This document shows, in pieces, positions 12,545-21,364 of a DNA stretch of 64,000 nt. The stretch comes from Macrostomum lignano (taxonomy: Eukaryota), in the NCBI GenBank assembly GCA_002269645.1, contig NIVC01000246.1, positions 62,001 to 126,000 of the forward strand, written 5' to 3'. Made by a program: the position numbers and the translations under genes. How positions within the stretch are numbered: position 1 is the first letter of the stretch; every line of letters begins with the position of its first letter. The notes beneath the pieces were generated by a model, which saw only the letters and a program-made list of their open reading frames with translations, was not told where the DNA came from and did not search any database.

Positions 12545-14496
12545 TAAGGAGAATTGAAGCAGCTCGCAGCAGTCAGAAGAGACCAGAAGCCACAGAGGCC
12601 GCAGAGACCGAAGCAGCACGTATCTTGCGATCGCTGCGGCAGGCCATGGCAACCCACGTGCACCGCAGCGCAGGGCAAGAGCTGCAGAAAGTGCGGGAAG
12701 CCTTTGAGCAGCTGAAGCGCAGCATCGCGGAGCCGACAACGCTGGCTTTTTACGACAAGCGGCTACACACGCAGCTGATCGTGGACGCGGGGCCGACCGG
12801 ACTGGGCGCCATCCTGGCGCAGGTGCAGCGCGACGGCAACTCAAGGCCGGTTGCATACGCCAGCCGGACCCTCTCCGATGTCGAGCGGCGATATTCGCAG
12901 ACCGAGAAGGAGGCACTCACCATGAAGTTCGGCTGCCTGAAGTTTGAGTACTACCTGCATGGATCGCGCGAGTTCACAGTGGTCTCCGATCACAAGCCGC
13001 TGACGGCCATGTTCGCGCCTGGGTCGCGGCCGCCTCCACGAGTCGAGCGAATGGCGCTGAGGATCCAGCACCTAGTGTTCAAGGTCTAGTACCAGCCGGG
13101 AGCCTCCAATGCTGCAGATGTACTCAGCAGGCAGCCCCTAAGCGCACAAGGCAGAAGTTTTGGCGAGCAGCTGAGGGAGGCCTACATCAACGAGGTGGCG
13201 CAGGCGGCTGTGCCGATGGCGCTGACGCTCCAGGACATCCGCAAGAGCTCTGCCAGCGACCCAGTCATCCGGGCAGCGATAGCGGCGAAGCAAGGCGGCC
13301 GCTGGGATCGCTCCAACCCCGAGATACGCTCGCTCCACGCGCTGCGAGAGGAGCTGTCTGCGGTTGACGGGGTCCTCCTTCGGCACCACCGAATCGTCGT
13401 GCCAGCTGATCTGCTGCAGCAGATGCTCGAATTAGCGCATGAAGGGCACCATGCAGTGCTCGCAGAAGACGATCGCCAGACTCTGCACGAAGGTCTGGTG
13501 GCCGAGGATGGCAACTCAAGCGGAGGAATTCGTCAGTCGATGTCGCAGCTGCGCCGTCACGTCGCACACGCCAGCCGTCCGGGCCACGCCTCTGCAGCCG
13601 GCGCCGATCCCCGCAGGCGCCTGGCTGTCGATCGGCGCCGATTTCGTGGGACCCATCAGCAACAACATGCTGCTGGTGTGCGTGGACCGCTACTCAAGGT
13701 TTCCGGAGGTGCAGCTCACGCAGGCGACGACGGCCGAGGCACTGTTCGCCCGCTTCGGATCCCGCAGGAGCTCTTGAAAGATAATGAACCGCCCTTCTCG
13801 TCCAAGGAGTTCGGCCGGTTCCTGGCGAGCTACGGGATCAAGCACCGCCTCATCACGCCCTACTACCCAGCGGCCAACGGCATGACAGAGCGACTGAACC
13901 GCTCCATCAACAAAGTCGTGCGAGCAGCCATCGAGGAGCGGCGGGACTGGAGGACCGCTCTGGACGAGTGGCTGCTGGCCTACAGGAACACGCCGCACAC
14001 GGCCACCGGGCGCGCACCAGCCGAGCTGCTGATGGGCCGGCGGCTAAACGACGTCATCCCCGCCGCCCGGCCATCCCAGCGAGTCCGCATCAACGAGCAG
14101 CGGCTGAGAGACGCCGACGCCGGCGCCAAGGCGGCGATGAAGCAGCACGCTGACGCAAGGAGGCGACCACGGCGGCACGACGTCCAGGTCGGCGACTCGG
14201 TGCTACGACGGCGGGTCAGTGCCAGCAAGACGCAGACGCCATTCGAGAGCGGTGCCTGGACGGTCCAGCGGGTGGCCGGCAACTCGCTGCTGCTACGCCG
14301 GGACGGCACGACCTGCTGGCGGCACTGCACGGCGGTCAAAGTCGTCAGCCCCGACTTGGCCGACGCCGGCGTCCATACGCAGAACGCTACACCGAGAGCT
14401 GCTGGCGAGGCGGCCCGAGATCCACCCGCCTCCCCGGTGGCGCTGCGCCCGCACCCCCGCGCTGCTCGGGCTGGCGTGAAAATCTACAAGGACTGA
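12545..14496 (+). mobile_element. Internally deleted, inactivated Ty3/Gypsy LTR retrotransposon (gag knuckle remnant - RNase H - integrase)
   Basis: Gag-like CDRCGRPWQPTC..GKSCRKCGKP (12626-12703). RNase H LIVDAGPTGLGAIL..VAYASRTLSDVERRYSQTEKEAL..SDHKPL. In-frame TAG at 13087-13089. Integrase HHCC (LAHEGH..KVWWPRM..CRSC) and core GADFVGP / DNEPPF / GMTERLNR, split by frameshifts near 13450 and 13755. The RH-before-INT order is Gypsy type. No protease or RT core and no LTR pair seen. Confidence 0.9.
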
Positions 14497-14588
14497 ATTT
14501 GGAATCCTGCAGTGACTGAAATTAACCCAGCGAGATTGTACAAGAGTTTGGCTACACAGTAAACACGGCCTCTGACTCAGTTACAACT

Positions 14589-14812
14589 CTGTGGAGGGTA
14601 GCTGTGGAGGGTAGCTGTGGAGGGTAGCTGTGGAGGGTAGCTGTGGAGGGTATAGCTGTGGAGCTGGGTAGCTGTGAAGGGTAGCTGTGGAGGGTAACTG
14701 TGGAGGGTAGCTGTGGAGGGTAGCTGTGGAGGGTAGCTGTGGAGGGTAGCTGTGGAGGGTAGCTGTGGAGGGTAGCTGTGGAGGGTAGCTGTGGAGGATA
14801 GTTGTGGAGGGT
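14589..14812 (-). repeat. Third array of the 13-bp repeat (inverted orientation)
   Basis: Direct reading. Confidence 0.93.
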
Positions 14813-15390
14813 AGAAGAAAGTGTTCAACCAACCTCCACTCTGGCTCAAGGCGTTAATTTTATTGTCTATGGCAGCGGAGGTTACTTAGTGAGAATCTCC
14901 GGTAGCAAAGCACTAGCGACATAGACAAGGCGTACAGGCAAAGTGGGATACATGTTGAGAGTCAATTCTCTTTCTCGCTGCCACCCTTACAATGTGCGAA
15001 TGCCCGTCCTCCCGCCCTTCCTTCCTCGCGCGTACACCCACGTTGCGAGCGCAGAAAAAGCAACGACCCGCTCTTCAGCCATACATGTAGAGCTACATAT
15101 CTTGCATTTGAAGGCTGAAGGACACAGAAATGCCATACTTCTCTTTTTATTCCCCTTTTAGATTGGCGCTGCCGAAATTGAGTGCAAAACGGTGTAGCAG
15201 TTAAAATCATTAACAGTAGTGAACCATCACAAGTACTTAATTTAGATTATAATTAATGTCTATGTTTGTAAATGTATACAAGAATCAATTTCAATGAAAT
15301 ACACATGCACATATACTCGTTAAGCGTTTTGAAGCACCTTATAAGCTAGCAGCCACGCGCCATTGTCCAGAAATATAGCGCAGTCGCGGC

Positions 15391-16221
15391 ATGCAGAACA
15401 ATTGCGCCGATGAAGCTGAAGGCAGCAGCAGTGACAATGGCAGCAAACTAGCCAAGCCTGCGAAAGCCGGCCAACAAGCCGGCGGCGGGTCAGGTCGCAA
15501 CCGTCGGCGAAGCCGCAGCAGCACTCGTCGCCGACGCAACGGCAGTCGACGCCGTCGCCGTCGTAGCGGCAGCGGCGGTGCAGAAGGCCAAACAGCGGAT
15601 AGCGACGAGAACGCGGAATATGATTATGAGTATTCTGACGATGATGATGAGGCTGATGGCGGCGGAGGCGAACAAGATGGCAAGGATGGTCAAGATGGAA
15701 GTGCCGGGGGAGGCCGCGGTGGCGCCGGTGGACGCGGCGGCGGAGGTCGCGGAGGTGCTGGGGGTCTCGGAGGTCGTGGAGGCGGCGGCGGCGGTGGACA
15801 AGACGGAAAGGATGGTCAAGACGGAGCTGCCGGAGGTCGCGGAGGTGCCGGAGGTCGCGGAGGCGCCGGAGGTCGTGGAGGCGGCGGCGGTGGTGGACAA
15901 GACGGTCGCGGAGGCGGCGGTGGTGGACAAGATGGAGAGGATGGTCAAGACGGAGCTGCCGGAGGTCGCGGAGGTGCCGGAGGCCGAGGCGCAGGCGGGG
16001 CCAGGGGAGGTCGCGGAGGCGCCGGAGGTCGCGGAGGCGGCGGCGGTGGACAAGACGGAGAGGATGGCCAAGACGGAGGTGCCGGAGGTCGCGGAGGTGC
16101 CGGAGGCCGAGGCGCAGGCGGGGCCAGGGGAGGTCGCGGAGGCGCAGCTGGTCAAGATGGAGAAGCCGGTCAGACTGGAGCGGCCGCAGGATTTCGCAGC
16201 GCCAAAGGAATTGGCAGATAG
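15391..16221 (+). CDS. Hypothetical low-complexity protein: Arg/Ser-rich patch, acidic patch, RGG/GQDG repeats (276 aa)
   Basis: ATG-initiated GC-rich ORF outside any satellite. Natural-looking EYDYEYSDDDDE and GRGG tracts. Candidate acceptor TTGTCCAG at 15370. No recognisable folded domain. Confidence 0.45.
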   Translation: MQNNCADEAEGSSSDNGSKLAKPAKAGQQAGGGSGRNRRRSRSSTRRRRNGSRRRRRRSGSGGAEGQTADSDENAEYDYEYSDDDDEADGGGGEQDGKDGQDGSAGGGRGGAGGRGGGGRGGAGGLGGRGGGGGGGQDGKDGQDGAAGGRGGAGGRGGAGGRGGGGGGGQDGRGGGGGGQDGEDGQDGAAGGRGGAGGRGAGGARGGRGGAGGRGGGGGGQDGEDGQDGGAGGRGGAGGRGAGGARGGRGGAAGQDGEAGQTGAAAGFRSAKGIGR

Positions 16222-16924
16222 CTGTCGCTCACTCTGGCACTTAATTATATCAAGGATGTCGCGGTTTTGCCATGCCTTTAAGGCAGCCTCGCAATGTCTG
16301 TGAAAACAGAAACTTTCTAATTTCCTAATAAAGGCAGAAAAATTATATGCCAGCAGCGTGTCCCGCCGATTATTCCGTTATTTTTGTTTTAATTGATTTT
16401 TGTTTTAATATTTTTCTTTCATTTGTTTTTATGTGCATGTTTTTATGACATAAATCAGTCGCACAATTTAATCATGCTTATGATTAAAACTAAAATGAAA
16501 ATAAATTTGTAGATGTACGAATGTACTAGTATGTACGACATCGGATGATTTTAGGGAGGGCGCTACATTCCCGCCCCGAATTTGCTAAAAGCTAACTTTT
16601 AGAGATGGCAAATTAAAAAGTAATTGATATTTTTATCGTAAATATTAGTGATGTGCTTGATGGAATGTTACTTAATAATATCCAAGCGTAGCCATTAATT
16701 TGTAAGAGCAGAATTTGATGGCTGTCGCTAAAAGGGCCGTTTTGATCATATTTGATCATGCATGGGCCGCATTGAACAAGCCCTAAATCAATCTTAGGTC
16801 GTTAGGAACGAGTTATATTATTAAATAACTATAAATAGGACCTAGTCATTTGCCTGCTCAGCTTGATACAACATACGTATACGTAATATAGCCATGGGAC
16901 TGCGTGGCATCGTTTAGATGTGGT

Positions 16925-16940
16925 GGCCCTGAAAAGGGCC
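16925..16940 (-). promoter_or_regulatory. Histone 3' stem-loop of the H4 gene
   Basis: Minus strand reads AAAAC GGCCCTTTTCAGGGCC ACCA, the canonical SLBP-binding hairpin, ~123 nt after the H4 stop. Confidence 0.95.
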
Positions 16941-17063
16941 GTTTTAACGTTCATGAAAAGAAAGAGATAGGTAGAGCTATCAACCCAATAACAGCGCACA
17001 AGCTCGTAGAACTATCTGATCTAGAAGTAGAAAACCACTTTCGCATGGGAACGCAGACTTTGC

Positions 17064-17390
<327 letters not shown>

Positions 17391-17460
17391 TCAGAATAGA
17401 ATTGGCAGGCACAAGTGTAAAGGTGAGATTTGATGTAGAAAATTCCATGAGGGTAAGTAC

Positions 17461-17500
17461 CATATATAAGCCCAGTTTTCCTCGCTGCCCTCTCATTGGC
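17461..17500 (-). promoter_or_regulatory. H4 promoter: TATA-like and CCAAT boxes
   Basis: Minus-strand CTTATATATG (17461-17470) and CCAAT (17495-17499), ~90-120 nt upstream of the ATG. Confidence 0.55.
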
Positions 17501-17887
17501 TGAAACAAGCAAACGAAATTATCGATTAGTTAAATATTTCTCCACGCTTCACGGAAGAAGCGTCAATTTTGCCCCATTTGCCCCAATATTCGAAATAGGC
17601 ACAGATTCTAGCTCGACATTGCCACTTGCCAGTGAAATATGTAAATCTGTTAACTGTATAGGGGCCTAATAGCGCAGACCCATACACTTTAGTCTTAATG
17701 CTTAAAACATTTCTTACGGACAGCGGTTTTGCAACTGAAGCGACGCACTTACTAGTTTTTATTTTTAGGCATTTTAATACACTGCCATACATAGAAATTT
17801 ACACTTTTGTTCCAGGAATTCCAGCCATCTAGTGTTGTGTCCAGCCATCTTCCGTTTCTGTTACAATGGTTTAGCAACGATGTTCAC

Positions 17888-18049
17888 CAGGGGCGTAGCC
17901 AAGGGGGGTCATGGGGGTCATGACCCCCCAGCCGGCTGATCCAGGCCATATTTTCAGGCCTAGCACCCCCTGCCCCCGGTTGCCGCTGTGAGCCTGTGAC
18001 TGACTGTGACCCCCCTCCCCCCCAGAAGGAAATCCTGGCTACGCCACTG
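17888..18049. mobile_element. ~160-bp MITE
   Basis: TIRs CAGGGGCGTAGCCA / TGGCTACGCCACTG (1 mismatch). Flanks ATGTTCAC / ATGTTTTT are a partial 8-bp TSD. Confidence 0.7.
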
Positions 18050-18242
18050 ATGTTTTTTATGCCATGCTATTTCCGATTAAGAAGTAACTCAACTCGATTT
18101 CCTAAATCAATAATCGATATAATTATTGGCGTAACTGTTCTTACATAGTTTTTTAGTTCTCAAACTATCTACTATAACGGCGTTTTTTCATGAGAATAAC
18201 TTTTAGGTTTGTTTGGCAACAAACTTAACTGAAAGGTAAAAC

Positions 18243-18258
18243 GGCCCTTTTAAGGGCT
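18243..18258 (+). promoter_or_regulatory. Orphan histone-type 3' stem-loop
   Basis: AAAAC GGCCCTTTTAAGGGCT ACCC; no histone ORF upstream on the + strand. Confidence 0.7.
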
Positions 18259-18797
18259 ACCCTTGGAAATTCAACGGTTAGAGAAAACCAGAAAACACAA
18301 TTTACACAGCTATTTGAAGGAATCATACACAAAGTTTTTATGCTTGGAATTTTAGAGTCAGTGAGTTTAGGAAAATTCTCAAACCACATGATATCTTTGA
18401 TTTAAAGGCCTACTTACATGAATAAAAACGAGTAAACAGCAACTTGATAAAGTATAAATCAAATAATACGAGTAGAACCCATAGAAAACTGTAGGAAAAG
18501 TTTACGAGCACACCAGAGACCACTTTTGATGACTTGAATTGACTTCCGCCCTCAAGAGTCATACTCAGGCCATTAAATTTAAAATTTGAATTTTACTAAG
18601 ATGCAAGAAATAAATGTTTTAATTTTTAGCACAACGCGCATAACATTTTCTTGCTCTGCTACTCGTGAATTTTCACTAAGTAGAAAGGATCGAAAATCAT
18701 TGGAAAATTATATTGTTGAGATAAAAAACTTAAAACTCTCGAGTCTCGAATAAATGAAAATACATGTAGCTTAAAAATTAAATATGACCATATAGTT

Positions 18798-19562
18798 TTA
18801 GTCCAGTACTGGGCTGCACTCCCCAGGAATGGGGTTCGGGCAGTTGTCGTCCCAAAAGCAATTGGCCAGGCACAAGTTCCACTCCGTGATGCCGTTGCAG
18901 CAGACCGGCTTGTACGCAATTGGGCATTTCTTCAGGCCGCAGTCTACATGTATTTCGGGCCAGTTGTCAATGTCAACATTTGGCTCCTCCGGGATCTCGG
19001 GCTCATCCGGGATCTCGGGCTCCTCCGTGGGCAGCGGCTCTTCATCCAAATCTATTGGTTCAAGGATATTGTCGAGATTGTAGGTTATTTCAGCAACTAC
19101 ATCCACGTCGGAAGTTGTCTCACCTATGGGAGCTGGCGTAGTTTCGGTCTCAGGAATAGTAGTTTCCGTCTCCGGAATTGGAGTAGTTTCCGTCTCCGAA
19201 ATTGGAGTAGTTTCCGTCTCCGGAATTTGAGTAGTTTCCGTCTCCGAAATTGGAGTAGTTTCCGTCTCCGAAATTGGAGTAGTTTCCGTCTCCGAAATTG
19301 GAGTAGTTTCCGTCTCCGAAATTGGAGTAGTTTCCGTCTCCGAAATTGGAGTAGTTTCCGTCTCCGGAATTGGAGTAGTTTCCGCGTTCTTCAGATCCGT
19401 AGTTTGAATCTCTTCAGGTACGGGAGTAGTTTCCTTAATCAAGGGCAAGCGAGTGACTTGCTGCTCAGAAGTGACGGCAGTGATGTTGGGAACCTCTTGA
19501 GAGCAGCAGAGCGCTACGATCAAAGGTAGCAATGAAAGAAGCATAAAATATCTCAAAGCCAT
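18798..19562 (-). CDS. Secreted mucin-like (ETETTPIS repeats) protein with a C-terminal Kazal-type domain, intronless, 254 aa
   Basis: Signal peptide MALRYFMLLSLLPLIVALCCS, 24-bp PTS repeats, acidic linker, then C-x4-CPIAYKPVCCNGITEWNLCLANC..GEC Kazal pattern. Confidence 0.85.
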   Translation of the reverse strand: MALRYFMLLSLLPLIVALCCSQEVPNITAVTSEQQVTRLPLIKETTPVPEEIQTTDLKNAETTPIPETETTPISETETTPISETETTPISETETTPISETETTPISETETTQIPETETTPISETETTPIPETETTIPETETTPAPIGETTSDVDVVAEITYNLDNILEPIDLDEEPLPTEEPEIPDEPEIPEEPNVDIDNWPEIHVDCGLKKCPIAYKPVCCNGITEWNLCLANCFWDDNCPNPIPGECSPVLD

Positions 19563-20060
19563 ATTGTGAACTTGTGTGAATTGTTGAATTTCTACGGTTA
19601 GTTTATGCTATTTTGTTGGATATATTTTCAGTCGAAATATATACACTTCACAATAAGAGGGCGTAATAAGTCAGTCCAGCGTGCAGTACGTCATTCCGAT
19701 AATATGCTCGAGTTGCAACGTGCGTGTTGCCATGCCATACTAAAATTGTCGTCGTGCGTTCGAATCTGCTGCAATCAAGTTTGTATTAAAAAATTACACG
19801 TGCATTAAATACTCGTATACGGCCACGCAATTAAATAATAATGAATCATACATTTAATGGCTAAAACTAATGAGAACTCAACAATTATAAGACCTGATCG
19901 TGATGCGCTGACGGAATTGACGGAAAAAATAGACCTTGCATCACTGCATTCATGCTTGCAGGCTGTAGCTGTAGATTTAAAATTATACTTTTGATTGTTT
20001 AATTATAAACTGTTTAATCGTTATGATTGTGGCTTTTTATGAATCAGTCATGAACATAAA

Positions 20061-20124
20061 AAAGAATCGCCTGATACGAGGAGATGAGCCATAGACAGTA
20101 TCTCCTCGTATCAGGCGATTCTTT
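20061..20124. repeat. Perfect 25-bp inverted repeat with a 14-nt spacer
   Basis: AAAGAATCGCCTGATACGAGGAGAT (20061-20085) and its reverse complement (20100-20124). Confidence 0.9.
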
Positions 20125-20272
20125 GTATATAAAATACGATTGCTTATTTAATCGTTAAAAAATTGTACTATTCTGAGCCGGGAATGTGTTGTCTGTGGTA
20201 ATTTTTAACAAAAACTAGGATATTATATCATATAATCTCCTCGAAATCAGGAGCAATCGAATTTAATATATG

Positions 20273-20417
20273 ATAAACGCCGTTTAATTCATCATAGTCT
20301 ATGGTTAGAATATCCTCGGCTGCAATCAATGGTCCTCGGCTCGCTACGCTCGCCTCGAGACCATTAAACGCAGCCTCAGACATTCTAACCACAGAATGTG
20401 AATTAAACGGCGTTTAT
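20273..20417. mobile_element. ~145-bp foldback/MITE-like element
   Basis: Terminal IR ATAAACGCCGTTTAATTCA / TGAATTAAACGGCGTTTAT, nested internal IRs (GGTTAGAAT/ATTCTAACC, GGCTGC/GCAGCC) and a central GGCTCGCTACGCTCGCC motif. Confidence 0.65.
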
Positions 20418-21364
20418 TATTTACGTAATCCGCGGTATGTAACCTGAATACGAGTATAACGTCGTATCTCCGCCGGAGATAATGAGTTATCTCCGCTATC
20501 TATGTCTATCCATCTCGTTGGTTTGTCTATGGTAGCAGAGTTACGCTATTACGCACAGGCAAAGTGGATTACATAATCTTAAACCACTTTAGAGCTCACT
20601 TTCAGGGAGGTTATTGACATAGATTTTATTTTGCGGGATTTAATCGATCTCTTTCCCGGACATATTACAAGAATTATTGTATGTATCTAAATAAGCGAGC
20701 AGCTTCTCTGATCTTCTCTTCCTTCGTGACTCGAGAAATTTCTTAATGAAATTTTGTCTATGGTAAGAATGTGGGGACTTCGCCCCCACACCCCCATCCC
20801 GAACTTCAACCATAGACGAGCCATAGACATAGGTATGGCTCCGGGATTTATCTGAATACATCCCGCAAAATTAAAGTAGTTTAAATGGCTCTCGGGATTT
20901 AATCACATACCGACCTCAAACCCATAGAATATCTTACACATGACTATACGTATGCATACATGCACCTCCCAGCTTTCCGACACTGAGAGGGGATGTGTGG
21001 TACCACTTAATCCCTGACACTATTTTTTCACTGATACATGTAATTACTACCCTCTCAGACACTTCAATTAGAAATGCATGTACATGCGTATATGCATGCA
21101 GTCTAAATTTACATGTACATTTACATCCTGGATGTTGATGATTTATTGCATGTGCAGCATCTCAGGTGCATGTATATTTTGAGCGATTGAATATAACATT
21201 TACATGTACATGTAGATAAATTGAGTTTAATTAATAACTAAATCTGATCAGTAACCAATACATTTATGTCAACCAAAAATATATTTTTAATTAGTCTGCA
21301 ACTACTCGGGCTACTCGGCCTGGCTTTGTGCGGAATATACATATGTATGCAGTATGGTCATTAC

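Noticed and set aside
12217-14850. 13-bp arrays on both sides of the Gypsy fragment as its LTR pair
   Set aside because: The sequences flanking the two arrays do not match each other, and no TG..CA ends, PBS or TSD were found.
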